Shown here piece by piece: positions 24,255 to 36,326 of a DNA stretch of 64,000 bases (positions within the stretch are counted from its first letter, which is position 1; the number at the start of each line of letters is the position of its first letter). Both the position numbers and the translations under genes were made by a program. The notes under the pieces are model-generated. The model saw only the letters and a list, made by a program, of their open reading frames with translations, was not told the DNA's origin and did not search any database. Origin of the DNA: Raja brachyura (Eukaryota); contig OY740789.1 in assembly GCA_963514005.1 (NCBI GenBank), forward strand, positions 55,924,001 to 55,988,000, given 5' to 3'.

Positions 24255-24602
24255 ATAAGTTATAGGAGAAGATTTAGGCCATTTTGCCCATCATGTCTAG
24301 TCTGCTATTTCATCACAGATGCTCTATCTTTCCCTCTCAACCCCATTCTCCTATCTTCTCCCCATAACCCTGACACCCGTACTAATCAAGAAGCTATCAA
24401 TCTCTACCTTAAAAATATCGATTGACTTGGTCTCCACAACCTTCTGCGGCAATGAATTCCACAGATTCATCACCCACTGATGAAATTCCTCCTTATCTCC
24501 TTTCTAAAAGTACGTCCTTTTATTCTGAGGTTATGGTCTCTGGTCCTAGACTTCCCCACTAGTGGAAACATCTCACCACATCCACTCTATCCAGACCTTT
24601 AT
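24255..24602 (-). mobile_element. CR1 3' fragment
   Basis: Reverse complement of ctggatagagtggatgtgg...ttccactagtggg...tgtggaattcattgcc. Confidence 0.8.
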
Positions 24603-25190
24603 AAGCTTGATATCCTTGTGGTCCCACAGAAAACCAACTGACCAAGCTTGCTGGGTAGTGTTGACCTTCAAAATACACTTCTTCTGAGAAGTGTTACCAT
24701 AGCAGTAAAATGACTGATTATAAATGTTGAGAGTTACCAGCAGAATAAAGTTAGCAACCCCATCCATGTTCAGAATTTAAGTGGTGGAATGCAGGATTTC
24801 AACTACAAGGCTAGAGTGGAGAAGCTGGAGGTCTCGTTGGGGAGACAAAAGCTGAGAAGAGATGTGATTGATCAATGTAAGATGATGATGATTTAGATCA
24901 GGTAAATGGAGGGAGGTGGCCATGGTGTTCCAATAGTGGATGGTTCAGTTTACCAAGGACACCGATCTGGAGCAATGGCAAAAGGAAATACAAGGGGAAT
25001 GAGAGGAAAAGCTTGTGTTTACATAGAGAGTGGTTACGATCTGGACCTCGCTGCCTGCAAACGGGTTGGAAGCTGTCAATCAGGTCTTTCAAAAGGAAAG
25101 ATAGGTTCTTGATGGTGAATAACCTGCAGGGCAGTGGGGGAATAGGGGTGAATGGAACTATCCGGGTTTCTCCACGAAATGTCAGTGCAG

Positions 25191-25470
25191 GTTTAGTTTA
25201 GAGATAGAGTTATAGCGCGGGAACAGAGTCCGCGGTGATCAGCGATTCCTGAACACTGCCACTATCGCACAATTGTTAAGAACAATTTACAATTTTACCA
25301 AAGCCAATTAACTTACAAACATGTACTCCTTTGGAATATGGGAGGGAACCGGAGAACTTGGAGAAAGCCCACTTGGTCACAGGGAGAACATACAAATTCT
25401 GTACAGACAGCATCCATGGTCAGCATCGAACATGGGTCTCTGGCGCTGTAAGAACAATTGTGCCGCCGTC
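25191..25470 (-). mobile_element. HE1-like V-SINE
   Basis: Reverse-complement SINE consensus (gtttagtttagagata ... gggtctctggcgctgtaag). Confidence 0.75.
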
Positions 25471-25999
25471 AAAGGTTAGATGGACTGAATGGCCTCCTTA
25501 CACACAGCGACAATTCTGTGATTCTATTCAAGGGCTCACCATTAAAATCATGGAGCAGAGGTGAATACCATTGTTTGATGTTAACAATAGTCGTCAAAAG
25601 CCAAGCATTCCAAATCCAAGCATTCATGTCCAAATAACTTGGTTGAAATGGCTTCCATGCCAATTGGAAGTTCCACATCTCGTTTTCATTACAGCAAGAA
25701 ATAATTGCCAGGAATCAGAAAATAATGATCTACAGGCACATTGGAGCAATCATATGTGCATTTGTTTCTCTTAAAACTAAAAAATAAAGATTTGTTAATG
25801 AGATGTGAGCATCAGAACTCAAATTGAAATAGTCCAGAAGAACCCATTAAAATTCTGTCATGGAGCAACTTTTTATGTGATTAGATTTAATAAGAAATCA
25901 AATAACAGACTGCAATTCGGAATTTGGATATGCATAGCATTTCCATGGCTTCTAGCAATTGTTCCATGCACATAGGTCATGTACACCCAGAAGACATTG

Positions 26000-26308
26000 G
26001 AAGTTTCTTCTCAGCTGTCATCAGGCAACTGAACCGCCCCATCAACAACTCAAGAGTGGTCATGAGCTACCATCTATCTCATTGGAGACCTTCACACTAT
26101 CTTTAATCGGACTTTACTGGACTTTCTCTTGCACTACACGTTATTCTCTTTATCCTGTATCTGTACACTGTGGATGGCTTGATTGTAATCATGCATAGTC
26201 TTTCCACTGACTGGACAGCACACAACAAATTCTGTCATAGAGCAACATCATTGTACCTCGATATACGTAATAATAAATGAAACAAAACTAAACTAAATTA
26301 AACTAAAG
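26000..26308 (+). mobile_element. Rex1/Babar 3' fragment
   Basis: SFFSAVIRQLN C-terminus, 3' UTR and (taaac)n tail. Confidence 0.75.
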
Positions 26309-26446
26309 TGTGCAGTGATATCAATCCGCACACAACACACAATTTACATAACTTCATTTTTTTATATCTTCCATGAGCATTTAAAACATGGCATGGGCCA
26401 CAGACACATGAGAGAGTATCATTGAGTATCATTGGAAGGATTCAAG

Positions 26447-26635
26447 ATAGACAATAGACAATAGGTGCAGGAGTAGGCCATTCAGCCCATCAAGCCAGCA
26501 CCGCCATTCAATGTGATCATGGCTGATCATTCACAATCAGTACTACATTCCTGCCTTCTCCCCATATCCCCTGACTCTGCTATCTTTAAGAAACCTATCT
26601 AGCTCTCTCTTGAAAGTATCCAGAAAACCGGACTC
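26447..26635 (-). mobile_element. Short CR1 3' end with (tctattg)n tail
   Basis: Near-identical to the 3' end of the copy at 4716. Confidence 0.85.
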
Positions 26636-27349
26636 CAGATGATTCTTATTTCTTGATCCTATGGGCCTTGAATCGTATTGAAAGTTATTCATTTAGTCTG
26701 ACTCTTCTCCAGGGCCAAGCAGAGTTGCCCTCTTTGAGTATGTACTTAATTCCCTTTTGAGAGTTACTATTGAAGCTGCTTCCACACTTTCAATCAGTGT
26801 GTTCCAGATAACAAGAGCTCGCTGCACAAAGTGCAAACTTTTCTTCATTTCTCTTTTAGTTTCTTGCCAACGATCTTACATTTTCCTTATATGTCCATTC
26901 AATCTGGATGAACATGAGCAGTCTTTGAAACCACCTATTTTTACTTTAAAAAAAATAATTTGTTGTTGCTATGCAAGAGACAGTGTTTAACTCTTTGTGG
27001 CACTCTTTAAAACCAGAACAAGCCATTCAACTGTCATGAAGAGAGCTCACCTCAACTACTCTAGGCCAATAGAAGTGGGCAATAGCTGCCAGCTGTGACA
27101 GCACACATACTATAGATGAATCAATGAGTGCATATCCTTCGTTGTGCTGTGGTCAAGGTATTAACTGCAAATAAGTGGTTTGCAAACATGCACACAGGAG
27201 ACGAAATGTAATCAAAACAGGATTGTACAGATTGATCCACTTCAACATTGACTCTTTCAAGCGTCTAATATTTTTGATAAAAACACACACTTGTGCACAT
27301 GCAAGCATACACACACACACCCTCTCTCTGAAATGTAATTCACACATTT

Positions 27350-28052
27350 TCACAAAGTGCTTGAATAACTCCGCGGGTCAGGCAGCACATCTGGAGAAAG
27401 AGGATGGGTGAGTTTTCAAGTCAAAACCCTTCTTCAAACTGATATTAGAAGTGGGGGTGGGGGGGGCGGGGAGGAGGGAAATAAACTGAAGGTGAGAAAA
27501 CCAGAACCAATTATGGCCAGCAACAAATAACCTCAGGAAGGGTGGAGCCCATAATGGCATGGGAAAGGTGTGATAACAAGAGAGATACAGGGATGCAAAC
27601 AGTGGTACTTTATCTTTGTTTGGGCATAATGAGAAACATCAATTGATATCCAGGGCTGTTCTTCAATTCCTGCATGTGACAGGATTGTATGTAAGAATCT
27701 AGTTCAAACTCTGAACTGTGGAAGGCAGTAATACGCTTAGCAGCGTCTACACTGCCAGAACCCGAAAAAAAAACAAAAAAAACAGTGGTACTGGTAAGAT
27801 GACTAGAGTGTGTGGGAGGGGTGGGGGAAGAAAGGGGAGGGGAGGGAATGTAAGAGTTATTTGAAGTTAGAGAAATAAATGTACATACTGCTGGGTTGTC
27901 AGTTGCCCAAGCAAATTATGAGGTGCTGTTCCTCCAATTTGCATGTGGCCTCACACTGACAGTGGAGGAGGCCCAGGACAGAAAGGCCAGTGTGGGAATG
28001 GGAAGGAGAATTAAAATGTTTGGGAACTGGGAGATCGCGTAGGCCAAGGTGG
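27350..28052 (-). mobile_element. Penelope-like element 3' part (GIY-YIG C-terminus plus terminal repeat), interrupted by a retrocopy
   Basis: Minus translation DLPVPKHFNSPSHSHTGLSVLGLLHCQCEATCKLEEQHLIICLG...FSNFK* fits the PLE endonuclease C-terminus. Confidence 0.8.
27610..27779 (+). other. Retroposed insert of unidentified RNA with A-tail and 13-bp TSD
   Basis: aaacagtggtact at 27597-27609 and 27780-27792; A-rich tail 27765-27779. Confidence 0.82.
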
Positions 28053-28391
28053 ATTAGACTCTGAAACATGCACATACTGGCTCTGTCCCACTGTTTGCAG
28101 AAGTAAAAATCAGATAAACCTGCAGCTGTAACCTACGGCAGATAAAATGATGAAATAATGCAGTGGCGATTTTCAAACGTGTCCATGTCAGGAATGACTG
28201 CACACTCAGAAATGAATGTTTTCTTCTTCCAAGGAAAGCATTCAAACTCTTCAATTACCAGCCTTGCTTAAAAACAATCTTTTACATACTGACACTGGTT
28301 ACCATGTTGAAGAATGTGATTAAGTGGATTTGTGTTATTTGTTTCAACACCGATAACACTGAATCTCGTATTAACTTTATGAATATTAATA

Positions 28392-29028
28392 AGAGGAATC
28401 AAATATAGGAGCAAGGAGGTCCTTCTGCAGTTGTACAGAGCCCTAGTGAGACATCACCTGGAGTATTGTGTGCAGTTTTGGTCCCCTAATTTGGGGAAGG
28501 ACATTCTTGCTATTGAGGGAATGCAGCGTAGGTTTACAAGGTTAATTCCCAGGATGGCAGGACTGTCATGTACTGAGAGAATGGAGCAGCTGGGCTTGTA
28601 CACTCTACAGTTTAGAAGGATGAGAAGGGATCTCATTGAAACTTGTAAAATTGTTAAGGGTTTGGACACGCTAGAGGCAGGAAACATGTTCCCGATGTTG
28701 GGGAAGTCCAGAACCAGGGGCCACAGTTTAAGGATAAGGAGTAAACCATTTAGAACGGAGATGAGGAAACACTTTTTCTCACAGAGAGTGGTGAGTCTGT
28801 GGAATTCTCTGCCTCAGAGGGTGGTGGAGGCAGGTTCTCTGGATGCTTTCAAGAGAGAGCTAGATAGGGCTCTTGAAAATAGTGGAGTCAGGGGATATGG
28901 GGAGAAGGCAGGAACGGGATACTGATTGGGGATGATCAGCCATTATCACCTTGAATGGCGGTGCTGGCTCGAAGGGCCGAATGGCCTACTCCTGCACGTA
29001 TTTGAATCAAATAGTCTATTGTCTATTG
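28392..29028 (+). mobile_element. CR1 LINE 3' fragment
   Basis: ORF 28431-28925 is the CR1 ORF2 C-terminus; (tctattg)n tail. Confidence 0.92.
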
Positions 29029-29039
29029 AATAAGAAATA

Positions 29040-29878
29040 AATAAATAATATAGCATTTGATTCTCCCCTCCACTACCACTCCACAGAAATATCATTCAAA
29101 TACAATCAGGTTTTATAATATGCACAGAGTTTTCTTGAGGTGAATTAGCACACAATTTGTTCACAGATAGTAAATCATAATGGCAATTGGGGTTTCTTGT
29201 CTGAACCACAAAGTCCCAAATGCTTATGGTTTCGGGATTCTTTTCTCAGGGGAAACTCCTATTTTAAGTGTGGCTTAATCAAGTAAATAGCTCAAGAGAG
29301 AATATGGAGACAACAAACTGCAGATGCTGATTTATCAATGAAAGACACAAAATGCGAGAGTAACTCAGCGGATCAGGCAGCATCTCTGGAGAACATGGAT
29401 GGATGACTTTCGGCTGGAGAAAGTCATCCATCCATGCATGGCAAGCCTCTTCAGTCAATAGAGGCTTGCAATGAACTCTAAAAGGGATTGAATCAAAAAG
29501 ATGCATTTATGTCAGACAGTTAATCCTACAAACACGTATCCATTAGGTGTCACTCAAATCCATCTCCCTAAGAGCCTGTTTTTTTAATTTAGTCACCTGT
29601 AGTGTCTTAGTTGACGACAATAATTTATGTAGACTTTATCAAAGCCTCCAGACTTTTAATTCACCACTGAAACCAGCACTAATTTAATGAATTAAAAATA
29701 TATAAACAATATAGTATGCAATTCCCACCTCACTCTACGGATGTATCATTTACATGCAATTATGTTTTATAATATGTAAAGAATCCTCTTCAGGTAAATC
29801 AGCACACAATTTGTGCACAGATAGTAAATCATAATTGGAATTGGGGTTTCTTCACTGAAACACAAACTCACAAATGTC
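29040..29878. repeat. Diverged ~180-bp local duplication (29040-29223 vs 29702-29878)
   Basis: Shared gttttataatatg...agcacacaatttgt(t/g)cacagatagtaaatcataat...attggggtttctt. Confidence 0.8.
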
Positions 29879-30184
29879 CATTAGGTTATGAACAGTAAAA
29901 GGGCTTCAACGAAATCGACACAATTGTAAAAGAACCAATTCTGTGAAAACGTGGTGATTTTTTGTTAAAGACAGCCACTGGTTATCATCAAACGAGGAAT
30001 TGCACATGTTTACATTTAGCAAAAATACCTAATCACATGCAATCATGTGGAGAAACATGGTTAAACTTTCTAAAGTGTGAGTTTAAGAACATTATTATTC
30101 AAGTAAAATAAAACTGTTAAGATATTTCAATAAACCAGAAATATTTAGAAAATCGATAAATACATTGTATACTTTGTGTATCTG

Positions 30185-31043
30185 TTAGAGCTGCTGCCTC
30201 ACAGTGCCGGAGGACAGGATTCAATCTTGACCTTCTGTGTGGAGTTTACACATTCTCCCTGTGATCACGTGGCATCTCTCTGGTATCCCCCCACGTCCCA
30301 AAGACGTGTGGGTTTGTAGCTTAATTGGCCACTGTAAAATTGTCGAAAAGTGGGATGACATTAAACTAGTATGAGTGGATGATCAATGGTCGGCATGGAC
30401 TAGGAAGCTGATGGGCCTGTTTCCATGCTGTATCTTTCAATCAATCAATTAATATGTCCAAAGGTGTTTACCAAAAGTGTAAAGGATACTTACACCTGGA
30501 ATTTCAGCAATGCAATTTGGACTAAATAGTAATGTCAATATGCTGCAGTCTCCATCCAGAACCTCATTCCACTAGCTTCAATAGAATGAATTTTGGAGGT
30601 AAACTGGTCTATTCTCAGATAGCAGTCTCTACCATATCACTGCCTCACCCATTGTAACCAATACACCAGTGGCTCCACGTACCAACCGATCAAGGGCACA
30701 CTCCTTGGTGTTAATCATTGACCAAGCATTTCACCGCACAATCAGCATGTTTTCACACAAAGGATTCTTCTGTTTCAGCATTGCGCATCAATTTGTCTTT
30801 AGAGTTACAGCGCGGAAGCAAGCCCTTCAGCTCACTGAGTCCACACCAACCAGCAATAACCATGTACACTAGCACGATCTGACACAATAAGGACAATTTC
30901 ACAATTTTACCAATGCCAATTAACCTACAAACCTGCACGTCTTTGGAGTGTGGGAGGAGACCGACACAACTCATGGTCAGGATTGAACCCGGGTCTCTGG
31001 CGCTGTAAGGCAGCAACTCTACCGCTGTGCCAGTGTACCGCCC
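30185..31043. mobile_element. Two HE1-like SINEs in convergent orientation (30185-30450 plus, 30797-31043 minus)
   Basis: SINE consensus head and V-domain on each strand. Confidence 0.75.
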
Positions 31044-31864
31044 CAAGGAGCAGAATGCTCCTTGTTTCCAGTAAGATTTCCAAAGCATTTCTCAGCAATA
31101 TGCAGGATTATCAACAAGCTGTCAATCTATTTCAATCTAATGTTTTACTGACATTTTGCCAGGTAGTTTTCTGATAATGACAACCTCATTTATGGAGCCC
31201 CTTTAATTAACCAAAACATCCCTAGACAGGCAGCAGAGTTTTTGGATGATGTCTGATTGCTAGAATAGAATGAGGGAGACCATAGTCATGTGTTGAGACA
31301 GCAAAAGGCGTTTAGACAGGGCTGGAATCGTGCAGTATTAAGTGTTGGAGATGGCAGTGGGTATAAGAGTGAAAACTTAATCTGAGCATATTTGACATCC
31401 TGTTTATAATAAAGCATATTTGGAAGCTCTTCATGATCAGACTATTTCAGATTTAAACTATTACCAGATGACGAGGGAATGATTTTCTAACCATGAGTGA
31501 CATTCATGACTACAGTTTTCCCAAATTTAGTTAAAGTTAAGTTCACCTTATCCATTACTGGATGTTGGATAAACAGTCTGACAATTTAAAATATGTAAGA
31601 GGGTCAATAGGGGGTTGCAGTACAAGTTGTACCACATCCCGTAAATTTGTACTACCACCAGAACTACTTATCCATTAAAATTCCCAAATTCTACTACTGG
31701 CTCAACCCACTGCTTATGAATTCCTTATCCATAAATGTGTTACCTCCCAGTGAGATGATTCCCACACAATACTGGCCAACATATCTTATTCGACTCTCCT
31801 TTAATTCAAAGATATTCAAATATGGTGCCATGGGCATACAAATATCTGGCCTCATACTTAATGA

Positions 31865-32075
31865 AGAAACAAGGAACTGCAGAAGCTGGTTTATACCAGA
31901 GATAGACACAAAGTTCTGAAGTAACTCAGCGGGTAAGGCAGTATCTCTGGAGAAAAAGGTTAGGTATGGTGTTGGGTCTGAAGAAAGGTCTCGAACTGTA
32001 ACGTCACGCAGCCTTTTTCTCCAGAGATGCTGCCTGACCCGTTGAGTTACTCCAGTATTTTGTATCTATCTTAGG
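31865..32075. mobile_element. Palindromic Penelope-like terminal repeat pair
   Basis: Inverted arms around gggtctgaagaaaggtctcgaactgtaacgtcac. Confidence 0.7.
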
Positions 32076-32904
32076 CCCTATACTATGAGAAAAAGCCAAG
32101 ACATAGGATTTCATTTCATGTGCCAAAGTTAATGTTTCCTGTTCTATAAACACATTTAAAGAGCACAACTTAAACCAGTTAAGATCCCAGAAGAGCTTGT
32201 CATGATAAATCACCCACATCGAGATATGAATTAGAGACCCAGGCATTGAATATGCAGTCAACCAGACAACTAAGTCACAACACTTTTTAAGTAATTATTT
32301 AAAAATCCTTGACCTGAAACATCAATGTTTCTCCATAGATTCTGCCTACGCTTTGGGGGTTTTTTGTTTTCATTTCATATCTGTATTATTTTGATTTTTG
32401 GTCAAATAAATCTAGCTGCGGCATTGTTAAAATGATCAGATTTGATGCCTCAGCCATCATTACTAGATTTACTAAAACAAGTAATTTGTCAAAATCCTCT
32501 TTAATCAATATAAGCCCTTGATTTCAATTTTAACTAAAATCTTAATTTCCCCATACTCAACAATAATATCTGAAAGGTCAATCTGTAAAGTTTCCGAGCA
32601 AATTTTCTCAACTTTCTGGACGATTGTTTAAAAGCCATATATGTGCAGGTAAAGTGTACATGTAGTAACAGAAGTAGAGAAGTTGTCCATTGACTAAATT
32701 GAACAGAGGAACAAAAGGTGCTGTGAATACAAATACACAAACCATGGAAAGGTCAGACACAAGTTGATAGGCCGTAGGAATGCAAAGCAACCACTGTGGT
32801 TAATTTCCAGAAAATTAAATAAAGTAAAGCTGTGTTGAACTTGCATTGAACCTTGGTCAGATCACTCAGAGTACTGCACTTAGTTTTCTCATACATTCTC
32901 TCAT

Positions 32905-33595
32905 TTTGTCCTGGACCAGCCACATTGAAGCTATGGCCAAGAAAACACACCAATGCCTCTACTCCCTTGGAAGGCTTAGGAGGTTTGGCATACCCCCAAC
33001 AGCCCTCACCACAGATGCGCTGTAGAAAGAACTTCCACAGATGCGCTGTAGAAAGCATTTTATCGTGATGCATTACAGCTTGGTTTGGGAACAGCCCCAC
33101 CCAAGACCGCAAGAGAGTTGCAGAGAGTTGTGGATATAGCCCAGACCATCACGCAAACCAACCTCCCTTCCACTGACTCCATGTACACTTCACACTGCCT
33201 CAGCAAGGCAACCAGCATATTCAAGGGCCAGTCTCACCCTGGTCACCCCCTCTTCTCTTGTCTCCCATCAGGCAAGAGGTACAGAAGTTTGAAAATGCAT
33301 ACCTCCAGATTCAGGAACAGTTCATTCCCAGCATTTATCAGGCAATTGAATGGTCCTCTCATCAGCTAGAGTGTGATCCTGACCTCCCATCTACCTCTAT
33401 GGAGACATTTGAACTATATTTAATCTGACTGTTATACCTTGCACTAATTGTTGTACCCTTTATCCTTTATCTGTGCACTGTGGACGGTTTGATTGTATTC
33501 ATGTATAGTCTTTTCATTTGCTGGATAGCATACAAACAAAACCTTTTCACTGTACCTCAGCACACATGACAATAATAAACTAAACTAAACTAATT
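32905..33595 (+). mobile_element. Rex1/Babar LINE 3' fragment
   Basis: FHRCAVESILS...LQRVVDIAQTI...HPGHPLFSCLPSGKRYRSLK...SRFRNSSFPAFIRQLN; (taaac)n tail. Confidence 0.88.
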
Positions 33596-33809
33596 AAATA
33601 TACGTAGAGGCCATTTGATCTTCCTAGCTTATGCCAGCTCTCACAGCCTCCCAATCAATACATTCACCATTTATTCCCTTGCAACTTATTCTCTCTCCCA
33701 TGCTCATCAACTCTCCCATGATCTTCCTCTGATCTTCCACTGCCAGCCTTGGCTTGATGCAATAGTGTGGTAACTCTTTGAGTACTCTTCCCAGCGAACA
33801 ATCTATTGT

Positions 33810-34888
33810 CATTGGAGGGTAGCTAATGTAACCCCACTTTTTAAAAAGGGAGGGAGAGAGAGAACGAGGAATTACAGACCAGTTAGTCTAACATTGCTAG
33901 TGGGGAAAATGCTAGAGTCAGTTATTAAAGATGGGATAGCAGCACATTTGGAAAGTGGTGAAATCATTGGACAAAGTCAGCATGGATTTATGAAAGGTAA
34001 ATCATGTCTGACAAATCTTATAGAATTTTTCGAGGATGTAACTAGTAGAGTGGGTAAGGGAGAACCTGTGGATGTGTTATATCTGGACTTTCAGAAGGCT
34101 TTCGACAAGGTCCCACATAAGAGATTAGTATACAAACTTAAAGTACACGGTATTGAGGGTTCAGTATTGATGTGGATAGAGAACTGGCTGGCAGACAGGA
34201 AGCAAAAAGTAGGAGTCAATTTTCAGAATGGCAGGCAGTGACTAGTGGGCTACCGCAAGGCCCAGTGCTGGGACCCCAGCTATTTACAATATATATTAAT
34301 GATCTGGATGAGGGAATTGAATGCAACATCTCCAAGTTTGCGGATGACATGAAGCTGGGGGACAGTGTTAGCTTTGAGGAGGATGCTAGGAGGCTGCAAG
34401 ATAACTTGGATAGGTTGGGCGAGTGGGCAAATGCATGGCAGATGCAGTATAATGTGGATAAATGTGAGGTTATCCACTTTGGTGGCAAAAACAGGAGGGT
34501 AGACTATAATCTGAATGGTGAACGGTTAGGAAAATGGGAGATGCAACGAGACCTGGGTGTCATGGTACACCAGTCATTGAAAGTAGGCATGCAGGTGCAG
34601 CAGGCAGTGAAGAAAGCGAATGGTATGTTAGCATTCATAGCAAAAGGATTTGAGTACAAGAGCAGGGAGGTTCTACTGCAGTTGTACCTGGTCTTGGTGA
34701 GGCCACACCTGGAGTATTGCATACAGTTGTGGTCTCCTAATCTAAAAATCCTAATCAGGGGTATGGAGAGAAGGCAGGTACAGGATACTGTTGGATGATC
34801 AGCCATGATCATATTGAATGGCGGTGCAGGCTCGAGGGGCAAATGGCCTACTCCTGCACCTATTTTCTATGTTTCTATGTTTCTATGT
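33810..34888 (+). mobile_element. CR1 LINE fragment (RT domain) with internal deletion near 34742
   Basis: QHGFMKGKSCLTNL, YLDFQKAFDKV, GLPQGPVLGP, KFADD; jumps from WSPNL to the last codons; (tttctatg)n tail. Confidence 0.92.
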
Positions 34889-36139
34889 CATGTAATCTTT
34901 TAAATCTCTTTTCTGATTGTAAGATATAACTATATTCTGCGTTCTGTTTCTTCCCCTTTACTCTATATATTGTACTTGAGTTTGACCATTAGATTTATTT
35001 ATATGTGCTACCATTAATCAGACTTTACACTCTCTTTAATCGGATTTTACTGGACTTTATCTTGCGCTAAACGTTATTCCATTCATCTTGTGGATGCCTT
35101 AAACATGTCTGGTCTTTTGTCCGACTGGTTAGCATGCAATAAAAAAGCTTTTCACTGTATCGCATACACATGACAATAATAAACTAAACTAAACTAAACG
35201 AGCATCATCTGATCTGAATGGACAGCATACAAAACAAAGCTTTTCACTGTACCTCTGTACATGTGATGATACTAAACCTAAACTTAAACCTAAACCTAAT
35301 TCGAAATCTAAATCACCTACACTAAGGTAATTTTGAGTGGTCAACTAATGTGCCAGATGATGGACATAAAGTGCTGGAGTAACTCAGTGGGTCAAGCAGC
35401 ATTTCTCGAGAAAAGGAATAGGTGACGTTTTGGGTGGAGACCTTCCTTCAGATTGAGAGTCAAGGGAAAGGAAAACTGGAGAACCTGTGCAGTTCCTTCC
35501 TACACAATTAATGTGCCAGCATGCCTTAGTAGGCACCTGTAGAAAGCCCAAGCAGTGACAGAGAATTGCATGCTGCATACTAACAGAACCCAAGGTCAGT
35601 ATTGAATCTGAGACATGAGAATTGTGAGGTTGTAGCACTATCCTCCCGTCAAAGTTGAAGTGTGATGGGCGACTCGCAAGACTCTTTAAAAGCATGAAAT
35701 GTTTTGATCGAGACACAAGAGACTATGGATGCGGGAATCTTGAGCAACAAAGTGCTGGAGGAACTCAGGGGGTCAGGCAGCATCTGTGGAGGGAATGGAC
35801 AGATGAACATTTCAGGTGAACTGATTGTAGTAGAGGGGGAGAGAGCTGGTAAAGAGAAGTGGGGGCGGGACAAGGCATGGCGAGGGATATGTCATTTCAA
35901 GTGAAGGGGGGGGGGGGTTGGCAGATGGGGGGGGGGGGAGTAGGTTTTGATCCGGTAGACAAGTTGGTAGCAATCAACAAAGTGGTCACCTAAAAATTAA
36001 AAAGGAAACTCAGAAGAAAATCTTTAGCCAGAAAGTAGAGAGAATATTTAAAGACTGCTGAAGGATGTTATAAAAGCATAATTGATTTTAATGGAAAGCC
36101 AGATAAGAAGTTGTGGGTAGAGAAATAAAGGATTATGCT

Positions 36140-36326
36140 GAAAAAGACACAAAGTGCTGGAGTAACTCAGCAGGCCAAGCAGCATCCCTGGTGAACTTGG
36201 ATAGGTTACGTTTAGGGATCCAACCTGAAACGTCACCCATCCATGTTCTTCATGGATGCTGCCTGATCCCTTATGTTACTCCAGCACTTTGTGTCTTTTT
36301 TTGGAAACCAGCATCTGCAGTTCCTT
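36140..36326. mobile_element. Palindromic Penelope-like terminal repeat pair
   Basis: gacacaaagtgctggagtaac... / ...gttactccagcactttgtgtc inverted arms. Confidence 0.7.
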
